DNA of 53,244 nucleotides from a virus (Duplodnaviria > Caudoviricetes). A program made the position numbers and the translations under genes. The notes under the pieces are model-generated. The model was not told where the DNA came from and ran no database searches. It saw only the letters and a program-made list of their open reading frames with translations. Location: the IMG/VR virus record IMGVR_UViG_3300027734_000097, positions 1 through 53,244 of that record; one strand, 5' to 3'. Positions 1-9,036 of this stretch are shown here, in pieces (within the stretch, counting starts at the first letter, position 1; every line of letters begins with the position of its first letter).

Positions 1-325
1 ACAGTGTATGTTAGTTAAAGACCTAGCAGACTTCAAACTCTACGTGGTTAATAACCTCGTTAAAGTTATAGAGAGCACAGATAACCCAAAAGAAAAAACA
101 ACTGCACTCAGAGCACTTGGTGAAGTTGATGGCGTTGATGCGTTTAAGAAGAAAACAGAAGTTGTACATAAAATGGAGACGATGGAAGAAGTTGAAAAAG
201 AACTTTTAACAATGTTAAACGAATTTAAGGCAAAAGGACTCATCAAAGAAGGACCGCAAACCATAGAAGCTGAAGTAATAGAAGAAATTGTGGAAGAAAT
301 TGATGACACAAGCAGTGGAGAATAA
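1..325 (+). CDS. Probable terminase small subunit, C-terminal part (5' truncated)
   Basis: Open frame from the window edge (track ORF 8..325) overlapping the terminase large subunit start; helical, acidic C-terminus. Assignment is by position only. Confidence 0.55.
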   Translation, partial: QCMLVKDLADFKLYVVNNLVKVIESTDNPKEKTTALRALGEVDGVDAFKKKTEVVHKMETMEEVEKELLTMLNEFKAKGLIKEGPQTIEAEVIEEIVEEIDDTSSGE

Positions 326-1856
326 GGAAGAGAAGTTAACCCCAGAAAAAGTGGCGCAGTTAATGTTAGCTGTACCCAAGATGACTGAGGAACAGAAAAG
401 AAATACACTCGCTAAGATAAGAGTATTTAAACAGCAGTGGGTTAAAGAACACGGGAAGGATAACTTTTTAGACTTTATCCAGCACGTCTACCCAGGCTAC
501 ATGATAGGAGCGCACCATCGGAGGCTTGCTAAGATATTTGAGGACATTGCGAACGGCGTCAAGAAACGCGTTATTGTTAACATTGCTCCGAGGCACGGGA
601 AGAGTGAGCTTGTTTCATATCTTGCTCCAGCCTGGTTTCTTGGGAAATACCCTCATAAGAAAGTTATTATGGCCTCGCATACAGCTGATCTTGCTGTTAA
701 CTTTGGTCGTCGGGTTCGTAACTTGGTTGGCAGTGATGCTTATAAAGATATATTTCCTGAAGTAGAATTGCAGGCTGACTCAAAGAGCGCATCAAGATGG
801 GGGACAAATTATAATGGAGAGTATTTTGCAATTGGTGTGGGTGGTGCCCTCGCTGGTCGCGGGGCTGATTTGTTTATCATTGATGACCCACACTCTGAGC
901 AGGATGCTAAGCTTGGACGAGCTGATGTATTTAAGCCTGCTTGGGAGTGGTTTCAGTCTGGCCCTCTTCAACGTCTTATGCCTGGCGGTGCGATCATCGT
1001 AGTGATGACAAGGTGGTCTAAGTTAGACTTGACTGGTGAAATTGTAAACCAGATGGTAAAGAATGAAGGTGTTGATGAATGGGAAGTTGTAGAGTTTCCA
1101 GCCATATTGAATGAAGGTACAGAAAAAGAAAAAAGTTTATGGCCTGAGTTCTGGCCGTTAAAAGAATTACTAGCAAAGAAAGCTGCATTAGATGTACGTT
1201 ATTGGAATGCTCAATATTTACAAAACCCTACGTCAGAAGAAGGTGCATTGATTAAAAGGGAGTGGTGGAAGATATGGGAAGAAGAAGATCCACCTCAATG
1301 TGAGTTTACTATTATGGCACTTGATGCGGCACAAGAAGCAAATAACCGTGCGGACTATAATGCGTTGACAGTATGGGGCGTCTTTTTTAACGAAGAAACC
1401 AATAACTATAATATAATACTACTAAATAGCATCAAGCAACGACTAGAGTTTCCTGAGCTTAAAGAACTTTGTATACAAGAATATAAAGACTGGGAACCTG
1501 ACGCATTTTTAGTAGAAAAGAAATCTAACGGCGCTGCACTCTATCAAGAGTTTAGACGTATGGGAATCCCTGTAGGTGAATTTACGCCAGGTAAAGGGCA
1601 AGATAAAATATCCCGTGTAAATGCCGTGTCAGATCTATTTAGAAGTGGTATAGTATGGGCTCCAGATAGACGATGGGCGCATGAGGTTATTGAAGAGTGT
1701 AACGATTTCCCAAGTGGAGCGAATGACGACTTAGTTGACTCAACAACGTTAGCATTGATGAGGTTTAGACAAGGCGGATTTATTAGATTACCAAGTGACG
1801 AACCTGAAGATATATACAGTTTTCAAGGTCGTGGTAAAAAATTATATGCATTATAG
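303..1856 (+). CDS. terL: Terminase large subunit
   Basis: Walker A-like NIAPRHGKS, Walker B FIIDDPH, coupling motif VVMTRW, RNase H-like nuclease acidic motifs (ALDAA, NDDLVDS). ATG 303 preferred over GTG 288. Confidence 0.95.
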   Translation: MTQAVENKEEKLTPEKVAQLMLAVPKMTEEQKRNTLAKIRVFKQQWVKEHGKDNFLDFIQHVYPGYMIGAHHRRLAKIFEDIANGVKKRVIVNIAPRHGKSELVSYLAPAWFLGKYPHKKVIMASHTADLAVNFGRRVRNLVGSDAYKDIFPEVELQADSKSASRWGTNYNGEYFAIGVGGALAGRGADLFIIDDPHSEQDAKLGRADVFKPAWEWFQSGPLQRLMPGGAIIVVMTRWSKLDLTGEIVNQMVKNEGVDEWEVVEFPAILNEGTEKEKSLWPEFWPLKELLAKKAALDVRYWNAQYLQNPTSEEGALIKREWWKIWEEEDPPQCEFTIMALDAAQEANNRADYNALTVWGVFFNEETNNYNIILLNSIKQRLEFPELKELCIQEYKDWEPDAFLVEKKSNGAALYQEFRRMGIPVGEFTPGKGQDKISRVNAVSDLFRSGIVWAPDRRWAHEVIEECNDFPSGANDDLVDSTTLALMRFRQGGFIRLPSDEPEDIYSFQGRGKKLYAL

Positions 1857-1867
1857 GAAAATAAATT

Positions 1868-4360
1868 ATGGCAGATATAGATAAAAGTTTAAGTCAAGCT
1901 CCTTTAGGTTTAGAAGAGTTAGCACAAACACAACCCGATTTAAGTATTGAAATAGAAAATCCAGAAAGTGTTACGTTAGATGACGGTAGCATGGAAATTA
2001 CAATTGTTCCTGGTAAAGAACATAACGATGAATTTAATGCTAACTTAGCAGAAGAGTTAGATGAAGGACAACTTACAGAATTATCTGGTGATCTTATTGG
2101 TGAATATGATACGGATATAAGTTCTAGAAAAGATTGGTTAACAACTTATGTAGATGGCTTAGAGTTACTAGGTCTTAAGATTGAAGACCGCACAGAACCG
2201 TGGCCCGGTGCTTGCAATGTATACCACCCCTTAATGACAGAAGCGCTGGTTAAGTTCCAAGCTGAAACTATGATGGAAACATTCCCCGCAGCTGGCCCAG
2301 TTAAAACACAAATCATAGGTAAGCAAACTCCTGAGAAAGAAGAATCTGCACATCGTGTCCAAGAAGACATGAATTACCAATTGACTGATATGATGCCTGA
2401 GTATAGACCTGAACATGAACGCATGTTATGGGGACTAGGTTTAGCAGGTAATGCATTTAAGAAAGTTTATTTTGATCCATCATTACAACGTCAAGTAGCG
2501 ATGTATGTGACTGCAGAAGATATTGTAGTTCCATATGGTGCATCTAATTTAGAAACAACAGAACGTGTTACACACGTGATGAGAAAAACAAAGAATGAAC
2601 TTCGTAAATTACAAGTTGCAGGATTTTATCGTGATGTAGATTTAGGCGAACCATTCTTAGATATTGACGAAGCTGAGAAAAAGATTGCAGAAAAGTTAGG
2701 ATTTAATCCGTCAGAAGATGATAGATATAAAATTCTTGAAATGCATGTTAACTTAGATTTAGAAAATGGTGATAGTGAAGATGGTATTGCAGTACCTTAT
2801 GTTGTAACAATTGAAAAAGGTACAAGTACTATTTTAGCTATACGTCGTAATTGGGATCCAGAAGATAAGTTAAAAGCTAAGCGTCAACACTTTGTGCATT
2901 ACGGTTACATACCAGGATTTGGTTTTTATTGTTTTGGTTTAATTCATTTGATAGGTGCCTTTGCAAAATCCGGTACTATGATCTTACGTCAACTTGTTGA
3001 TGCGGGTACTTTATCAAATTTACCAGGTGGTATGAAGTCACGTGGTCTTAGAATTAAAGGTGATGATACTCCGATTGCTCCAGGTGAATGGCGTGACGTA
3101 GATGTACCAAGTGGTGCTATCCGTGACAACATTTTACCTCTTCCATATAAAGAACCTTCACAAGTATTAAATTCATTGATGAATCAAATCATCGAAGAAG
3201 GTCGTGCATTTGCTAATGCTGAAGGATTAAAAGTTTCTGACATGTCAGCTAACGCACCTGTTGGAACAACATTAGCAATTCTTGAAAGAACATTGAAAGT
3301 AACGTCAGCTATTCAAGCTCGTATTTACTATGCGATGAAACAAGAGTTTAAACTTCTTAAAGGCATCATTCGTGATTACACACCACCAGAATATAATTAT
3401 GATCCAGATGTAGGTGATCGTCGTGCTAAACAATCTGATTATGATGATGTAGATGTAATTCCAGTAAGTGATCCAAATGCAGCAACCATGTCACAAAAGG
3501 TTGTGCAATATCAAGCTGTTATGCAAATGGCACAAGCTAATCCACAAATCTATGATCTAGCAGAACTTAATAAACAAATGTTAGAAGTATTAGGCGTTAA
3601 GAATATTGGTAAACTTATTCCAGCTGCAGAAGATAGAAAACCTAAAGATCCTGTAACTGAAAATATGGCAATCATTAATGGTTCCCCTGTTAAAGCATTT
3701 ATCTATCAAGATCATGAAGCTCATATTAAAGTTCATATGGCAGCAATGCAAGATCCTAAGATAGCAGCACTTATCGGTCAAAATCCTCAAGCACAAACTA
3801 TTCAAGCAGCAGCTATGGCACATATTAATGAACATATTGCATTTGAATATAGAAGACAAATTGAACAAGAGTTAGGTGTTCCATTACCAGCTCCAGATCA
3901 AGTATTACCAGAAGATGTAGAAGTTCAAATATCTCGTTTGTCTGCTGATGCTGCTCAAAAACTATTAGGTAAAGATCAAGCTGAAGTTGCACAACAACAA
4001 ATTGCTCAACAACAACAAGACCCATTAATCCAAATGCAACAACAAGAACTTCAAATTAAACAACAAGAAGTTCAAATTAAAGCACAAAAAGCAATGGCTG
4101 ATATCCAACTTGAACAAGAAAAATTAATGCTTGAAAAAGCTAAGTTTGATTCTCAAGAAAAATTAGAAGGCGCTAAAATTGGTATAAAAGTTGGTGCAGA
4201 TAAACAAAAAACAGAGATGGATGCTCAAAAATTTCAAGCAGAACAACAAGCACGTGGAGTTGAATTAGGTTTAGATGTTGCTAGAACTAATCTTGATCAT
4301 GCACGCCGAAAAGAATTAACGCAAATGAATAAGGAACAAATACAACAACCCAAGGAGTAA
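1868..4360 (+). CDS. Portal protein
   Basis: 830 aa directly after terL; GNAFKKVYFD and GFYCFGLIH segments typical of P22-like portals; long Gln-rich coiled-coil C-terminal barrel. Confidence 0.88.
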   Translation: MADIDKSLSQAPLGLEELAQTQPDLSIEIENPESVTLDDGSMEITIVPGKEHNDEFNANLAEELDEGQLTELSGDLIGEYDTDISSRKDWLTTYVDGLELLGLKIEDRTEPWPGACNVYHPLMTEALVKFQAETMMETFPAAGPVKTQIIGKQTPEKEESAHRVQEDMNYQLTDMMPEYRPEHERMLWGLGLAGNAFKKVYFDPSLQRQVAMYVTAEDIVVPYGASNLETTERVTHVMRKTKNELRKLQVAGFYRDVDLGEPFLDIDEAEKKIAEKLGFNPSEDDRYKILEMHVNLDLENGDSEDGIAVPYVVTIEKGTSTILAIRRNWDPEDKLKAKRQHFVHYGYIPGFGFYCFGLIHLIGAFAKSGTMILRQLVDAGTLSNLPGGMKSRGLRIKGDDTPIAPGEWRDVDVPSGAIRDNILPLPYKEPSQVLNSLMNQIIEEGRAFANAEGLKVSDMSANAPVGTTLAILERTLKVTSAIQARIYYAMKQEFKLLKGIIRDYTPPEYNYDPDVGDRRAKQSDYDDVDVIPVSDPNAATMSQKVVQYQAVMQMAQANPQIYDLAELNKQMLEVLGVKNIGKLIPAAEDRKPKDPVTENMAIINGSPVKAFIYQDHEAHIKVHMAAMQDPKIAALIGQNPQAQTIQAAAMAHINEHIAFEYRRQIEQELGVPLPAPDQVLPEDVEVQISRLSADAAQKLLGKDQAEVAQQQIAQQQQDPLIQMQQQELQIKQQEVQIKAQKAMADIQLEQEKLMLEKAKFDSQEKLEGAKIGIKVGADKQKTEMDAQKFQAEQQARGVELGLDVARTNLDHARRKELTQMNKEQIQQPKE

Positions 4361-4363
4361 CAC

Positions 4364-4558
4364 ATGGACTCAACGCTAGAACTATTATTGTCTCGAATAG
4401 ATGATCAGCGCAAAACAGTATTAATGAATTTGGCAGACGGAGCAGCAAAAGATTTTGCTTCATACCAAAATATGACCGGATATATTCGAGGTTTATCCGT
4501 AGCAGAAGGAATTATTAAAGACCTCGCACAAAGAATGGAGACGTTTGAAGATGAGTGA
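4364..4558 (+). CDS. Small hypothetical protein of the head module
   Basis: AAGGAG RBS, 64 aa, YQNMTGYIRGL motif; lies between portal and GroES-like gene. Confidence 0.75.
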   Translation: MDSTLELLLSRIDDQRKTVLMNLADGAAKDFASYQNMTGYIRGLSVAEGIIKDLAQRMETFEDE

Positions 4559-4997
4559 ACAAATTCTTACGATGAATAAGAACTTGGTTGATGCTAATGG
4601 CCGACCGATTATTATTCCAACAGTAAATGAAGTAGATGCAGAAGATATACCAATTGAAGAAAGAGGTTTACAACTTCCAGACCCAAAAGGCTATAGAATT
4701 TTATGTGCAATTCCAGAAGCAGAGGAAACATATAAAGGTGGCATTGTTAAAGCAGCTGGTGCTAAATCTATAGAGGAACATTCGACTGTAGTTTTATTTG
4801 TAGTAAAAGTAGGTGACTTAGCTTATAAAGATGAAGTCAGATTTCCTACAGGTCCATGGTGTAAAGAGGGTGATTTTGTTCTAACACGTGCATATGCAGG
4901 TACTAGATTCAAGATCCACGGAAGAGAATTCCGCATTATTAACGACGATACGGTTGAGGGGGTTGTAGAAGATCCTCGCGGCTACACTCGCGCATAA
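4551..4997 (+). CDS. groES: GroES/Cpn10-like co-chaperonin
   Basis: PKGYRILC..., mobile-loop-like TYKGGIV, VVKVGDLAY, EGDFVL, and C-terminal GREFRIINDDTVEGVV match the Cpn10 pattern. Confidence 0.85.
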   Translation: MSEQILTMNKNLVDANGRPIIIPTVNEVDAEDIPIEERGLQLPDPKGYRILCAIPEAEETYKGGIVKAAGAKSIEEHSTVVLFVVKVGDLAYKDEVRFPTGPWCKEGDFVLTRAYAGTRFKIHGREFRIINDDTVEGVVEDPRGYTRA

Positions 4998-5007
4998 GGA
5001 GTAATAT

Positions 5008-6036
5008 ATGGCTGACGTAAAAGATGGTGACATTGTATTTGAATATCCAGATGATGACGATATTCCAGGTAATAAAATATCTGATGAAAAAGAAATAAAT
5101 TTAAAACAGGCTGAACCTAAAGAAGTTAAGGTAGATGCTAAAGCACAAGGGGATCTGGATCTAGAAATAGAAGATGATACTCCTCCACAAGATAGAGGTC
5201 GTGAACCTTTACCTAAAGAGATTGTAGAAGAAGTAGAAAATGATGATCTTGAGAACTATTCAGATAGAGTTAAAACTCGAATGGCTCAACTTAAAAAGAT
5301 GCATCATGACGAAAGACGCGCTAAAGAAGCAGCTGATCGTGAGAGACAAGAAGCAATTAGATTTGCTCAATCACTTGTAGAAGAAAATAAGAAGTTAAAA
5401 ACTACTTTATCTACAGGTGAAGAAACTTATGTTCAAACACTTAAAAAATCATTAGAGCAACAACTAGATTCCGCTAAACGTGATTATGGTGAAGCTTATG
5501 ATATAGGTGATAAAGATAGTATTATTGAAGCTCAACAAAAGATGAATGATGCTCAACTTCGTTTGTCTCAAGTAGAGCAATATGCCCCTAAATTTAAAAC
5601 TTCTTTACAAGAGGCTGAAAATGGGGTATATATACCACAAAATGAACAACCTTCATTTAAACCAGACGACAAAGCTTTAAGGTGGCAAGATAAAAACACT
5701 TGGTTTGGTCAAGATGAAGAGATGACAAGCCTTGCATTAGGCTTACATGAAAAATTAGTTAGAAGTGGTATAGATCCCGCATCTGACGAATATTATCGTC
5801 GTATCGATGGTACGATGCAAAAACGATTCCCAGAATACTTTGGGGATGCAACGCTAGACGAGGACCAACCCGCCCAGCGCACTAAACCTTCGAATGTAGT
5901 TGCTCCGGCAACGCGTAGCACCGCGCCTAAAAAAGTGCGTCTGACAAAGACACAAGTAGCGTTAGCCAAGAAATTTGGTCTAACCCCGGAACAATATGCA
6001 AGAGAAACTTTAAAATTGGAGAACGCAAATGGATAA
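5008..6036 (+). CDS. Probable capsid scaffolding protein
   Basis: Acidic N-terminus, long coiled coil, basic C-terminal LTKTQVALAKKFGLTPEQYA helix; sits between portal and capsid genes. Confidence 0.65.
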   Translation: MADVKDGDIVFEYPDDDDIPGNKISDEKEINLKQAEPKEVKVDAKAQGDLDLEIEDDTPPQDRGREPLPKEIVEEVENDDLENYSDRVKTRMAQLKKMHHDERRAKEAADRERQEAIRFAQSLVEENKKLKTTLSTGEETYVQTLKKSLEQQLDSAKRDYGEAYDIGDKDSIIEAQQKMNDAQLRLSQVEQYAPKFKTSLQEAENGVYIPQNEQPSFKPDDKALRWQDKNTWFGQDEEMTSLALGLHEKLVRSGIDPASDEYYRRIDGTMQKRFPEYFGDATLDEDQPAQRTKPSNVVAPATRSTAPKKVRLTKTQVALAKKFGLTPEQYARETLKLENANG

Positions 6037-6478
6037 CAACAGACAAGATCGTGAATTACAAACAAGAGAAGAATTTCAAAGACCTGATAGCTGGAAACCC
6101 GCATCATTATTACCTGAGTTTAAAAAGGTACCTGGTTGGGCTTATCGATGGATTAGAACAAGTCTTCTTAACGATGCTGATAATCTAAATGTTTCTTCAA
6201 AAATGCGTGAAGGATGGGAACCCGTTAAATTAGCGGACCACCCTGAAATGAGAATAATGGTTGACCAAAACTCTCGCTTTAAAGAAGGCGTTGAAATTGG
6301 TGGACTATTATTATGCAAGATTCCAGAAGAGTTCGTTGCACAACGTAAGGCTTACTATGAAAACAAATCAAAACAGCAAGCCGATGCAGTTGACAACAGC
6401 TTTATGAAACAGAATGATCCTCGTATGCCTCTCTTCGCAGAGTCAAAAGCAACGACTTCATTCGGTAAAGGTAAATAA
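6029..6478 (+). CDS. Conserved phage head-module hypothetical protein
   Basis: 149 aa with GWAYRWIR, REGWEPV and GGLLLCKIP motifs; coupled to the scaffold gene. Confidence 0.75.
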   Translation: MDNNRQDRELQTREEFQRPDSWKPASLLPEFKKVPGWAYRWIRTSLLNDADNLNVSSKMREGWEPVKLADHPEMRIMVDQNSRFKEGVEIGGLLLCKIPEEFVAQRKAYYENKSKQQADAVDNSFMKQNDPRMPLFAESKATTSFGKGK

Positions 6479-6501
6479 TATAAACATTTAAGGAGATTAA
6501 A

Positions 6502-7125
6502 ATGGCATATCCAACCATTAACAGTCCTTATGGTTTTGAACCAGTTAATCGTTATGATGGTATTCCTTACGCCGGGGCAACTTTACAGATCCCAATTGCG
6601 TCAAGTTACAATACTCCAATCTATAACGGTTCTTCAGTAAAAATCGTAGCGGGCGGCACATTAGAATTATCAGGCACTACAACTTCCGGTACTATTATCG
6701 GTGTGTTCATGGGTGTTCAATACGTTAATTCATCAGGCCAAACAGTTCAAGCTCAATACTACCCAGGTACTAGCGTTACTAACGCTGTTGCTTACGTAGT
6801 TGTTGATGCATCAGCTGAATTCAAAGTAGCATTAACAGTTTCAGGCGCTCCTACAGTAGTAGTTGGTGCTAATGCAACTATTGTTGGTACAAACTTAGCT
6901 GAAATTCAAAACGGTACTGGCTCAACATCAACAGGTAATTCACAAGCTTCATGCGTGATTCCTGCTAACGGTGCTGGATCAACAACAACATTACCATGGA
7001 GAGTAGTTGCAGTAGTTCCTGACACAGCTTATACATCAGGCTCTACAGTACTTTATCCAGAAGTACTTGTAAAAATTAACAACCCACAGTTGACTGCCCT
7101 TACCGGCGTTAATTACGTAGCTTAA
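6502..7125 (+). CDS. Probable capsid decoration/cement protein
   Basis: Strong AAGGAG RBS; beta-rich, G/T/S/V-rich 207 aa immediately upstream of the major capsid gene. Confidence 0.6.
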   Translation: MAYPTINSPYGFEPVNRYDGIPYAGATLQIPIASSYNTPIYNGSSVKIVAGGTLELSGTTTSGTIIGVFMGVQYVNSSGQTVQAQYYPGTSVTNAVAYVVVDASAEFKVALTVSGAPTVVVGANATIVGTNLAEIQNGTGSTSTGNSQASCVIPANGAGSTTTLPWRVVAVVPDTAYTSGSTVLYPEVLVKINNPQLTALTGVNYVA

Positions 7126-7141
7126 CTAAGGAGAACATAAC

Positions 7142-8056
7142 ATGGCTATTTCACGTGCACAGCTCCTAAAAGAGCTATTACCAGGACTTAACGCGCTATT
7201 CGGTTTAGAGTACAAGCGTTACGGAGAAGAACATAAAGAAGTTTATGAAACAGAGACTTCAGAGCGTTCATTCGAAGAAGAAACAAAACTTTCAGGTTTC
7301 TCAGCAGCACCAGTCAAAAACGAAGGCACAGCAATCGCTTATGACAATGCTCAAGAAGCTTGGACAGCTCGATACAATCATCAAACTATCGCTCTTGGCT
7401 TTTCTTTAACAGAAGAAGCTGTAGAAGATAACTTGTATGACACATTATCAGCACGTTACACAAAGGCTTTAGCTCGCGCTATGGCTTACACAAAACAAGT
7501 TAAGGCTGCTGCAGTTCTTAATAATGGCTTCAACACTTCTGGTTCTTACAACGGTGGTGATGGTGTTTCATTATTTAACGTATCTCATCCTCTTGTTTCA
7601 GGCGGTACAAACAGCAACACTCAATCAACTCCTACAGACTTGAACGAAACAGCACTAGAAAACGCTGTTATTCAAATCGCTGCATGGACTGATGAGCGTG
7701 GCCTATTGATCGCTGCTCAACCACGTAAGTTAATTGTTCCACCAGGTAATCAATTCGTTGCAACTCGCTTGCTCGAAACTGAACTTCGTGTTTCAACAGC
7801 TGACAATGATATCAATGCTATTAAGAATAATGGTTCAATCCCAGAAGGTTACGCAATTAACCACTTCTTAACAGACAGCGATTCATACTTCTTAACAACT
7901 GATGTACCTAACGGCATGAAACACTTTGTGCGTACTCCGTTATCTACTTCTATGGATGGTGACTTTGATACTGGTAACGTTCGTTACAAGGCTCGTGAGC
8001 GTTATTCATTTGGTTGGTCAGATCCTCTCGGTATGTGGGGTTCACCAGGTGCTTAA
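7142..8056 (+). CDS. Major capsid protein (HK97 fold, Mu gpT-like family)
   Basis: MAISRAQLLKELLPGLNALFG N-terminus, PRKLIVPP and RYKARERYSFGWSDP motifs; strong RBS, biased codon use, followed by a terminator. Confidence 0.9.
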   Translation: MAISRAQLLKELLPGLNALFGLEYKRYGEEHKEVYETETSERSFEEETKLSGFSAAPVKNEGTAIAYDNAQEAWTARYNHQTIALGFSLTEEAVEDNLYDTLSARYTKALARAMAYTKQVKAAAVLNNGFNTSGSYNGGDGVSLFNVSHPLVSGGTNSNTQSTPTDLNETALENAVIQIAAWTDERGLLIAAQPRKLIVPPGNQFVATRLLETELRVSTADNDINAIKNNGSIPEGYAINHFLTDSDSYFLTTDVPNGMKHFVRTPLSTSMDGDFDTGNVRYKARERYSFGWSDPLGMWGSPGA

Positions 8057-8079
8057 TTAGCAACTGGCTACGTACTACT

Positions 8080-8111
8080 AAGGGACCTGCTTAAAACACA
8101 GGTCCTTTTTT
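8080..8111 (+). terminator. Rho-independent terminator after the capsid gene
   Basis: AGGGACCTG-cttaaaaca-CAGGTCCTT stem-loop running into a T tract. Confidence 0.85.
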
Positions 8112-8204
8112 CATGGTTTTCTCTAGGACTTTGTATCGCAAAAAGAGCAATATATGCGTAGCTACAACGTAGCTTAGTAAAAATACAATACAAAGGAGAA
8201 CAAT

Positions 8205-8276
8205 ATGTGGACTAAACCAGCAGCAACAGAAATGAGATTTGGCTTTGAAGTAACTATGTACGTAATGAACAAGTAA
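8205..8276 (+). CDS. pqqA: Pyrroloquinoline quinone precursor peptide PqqA (23 aa, [23 protein letters not shown])
   Basis: Translated by hand (absent from the ORF track). AAAGGAG RBS at 8192-8198; MW-x-KP start and the E-x-x-x-Y core (EVTMY) that supplies Glu and Tyr for PQQ. Confidence 0.96.
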   Translation: MWTKPAATEMRFGFEVTMYVMNK

Positions 8277-8291
8277 TAAAAACGTATGACT

Positions 8292-8321
8292 AAGACCCCT
8301 AGAAATAGGGGTTTTCTTTTT
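8292..8321 (+). terminator. Rho-independent terminator after pqqA
   Basis: AAGACCCCTA-GAAA-TAGGGGTTTT stem with a GNRA loop, followed by CTTTTT. Confidence 0.88.
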
Positions 8322-8327
8322 ATATTA

Positions 8328-8366
8328 TGCTATAATGCTTGCAAATAGTGCCATTTCAGGTATTAT
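8328..8366 (+). promoter_or_regulatory. Sigma70-type promoter(s) restarting transcription after the pqqA terminator
   Basis: Perfect extended -10 TGCTATAAT (8328-8336); also TTGCAA (8339-8344)-16 nt-TATTAT (8361-8366). Confidence 0.65.
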
Positions 8367-8373
8367 TTGGGAA

Positions 8374-8447
8374 TCCGGGTTACCCGGTTCATTAGACTGT
8401 CCCGGCAGACGCATACAAGACTAATGAGCCTAACTTTGTATGAAGGA
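8374..8447 (+). ncRNA. Putative structured leader RNA (double-pseudoknot pairing potential)
   Basis: GGTTCATTAG (8386-8395)/CTAATGAGCC (8421-8430); CTG/CAG stem with loop TCCCGG complementary to CCGGG (8375-8379); CATACAAG (8412-8419)/TTTGTATG (8435-8442) abutting SD GAAGGA. Confidence 0.65.
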
Positions 8448-8454
8448 AAATATC

Positions 8455-9036
8455 ATGGCACAAACAACATTTAGCGGCCCAGTCGCGTCTCAAAACGGTT
8501 TTATTGGCGGTACAGCAACAGATCCAATCGTAGTAACAACATCAGGCAATATCAGCCAATCATATGCAACTACATCTGCAACATCAGGTGATACACGCTT
8601 ATCTTATAACAAACTAACATTTACAGCAGCAGGTTCTGGCGAAACATTAAGAGCTTTCTCAGTAGTTAATACAGGTACAGCAGCAGTAGGCGGTACAATT
8701 AACGGTGCTCACATCTCTATGGAAGTAGATTCTGCAGGCGCAATTTCAGGTGCAGGTAATGCACTACGCGCTACTTTAGGTGGTACAGCAACTGCTCAAA
8801 CAGGTACATTAGCAGTTATTCAAGCTGATACTAATTTTGGTGCAGGCGTTACAGTTCCAGCTTCAGCATCATTTATTAGAGTAACAGATTCTGGTGCTAC
8901 TACAGGTGCTATTACTAACCTCTTTAACTTACCATCAGCATTAGTTCCAGCTAAGTCAGCAGCAGCAGTGACTCACACAATTAAAATATTAGTTGGTAGC
9001 ACTCCTTACTACTTAATGGTTTCTAACGCACAATAA
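8455..9036 (+). CDS. Probable virion structural protein (head fibre/decoration-like)
   Basis: MAQTTFSGPV N-terminus, A/T/G/S-rich beta-type sequence; start moved from 8440 to 8455 to fit the AAGGA RBS. Confidence 0.7.
   Translation: MAQTTFSGPVASQNGFIGGTATDPIVVTTSGNISQSYATTSATSGDTRLSYNKLTFTAAGSGETLRAFSVVNTGTAAVGGTINGAHISMEVDSAGAISGAGNALRATLGGTATAQTGTLAVIQADTNFGAGVTVPASASFIRVTDSGATTGAITNLFNLPSALVPAKSAAAVTHTIKILVGSTPYYLMVSNAQ

Noticed and set aside
8374-8447. HDV-like ribozyme call for the double-pseudoknot leader
   Set aside because: The helix order does not match the HDV P1-P2-P3-P1.1-P4 arrangement as far as I can trace; left unassigned.
8440-8454. Track start (MKENI...) for the 8440..9036 ORF
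   Set aside because: That ATG lies inside the leader helix and upstream of the AAGGA RBS; ATG 8455 has the correct spacing.
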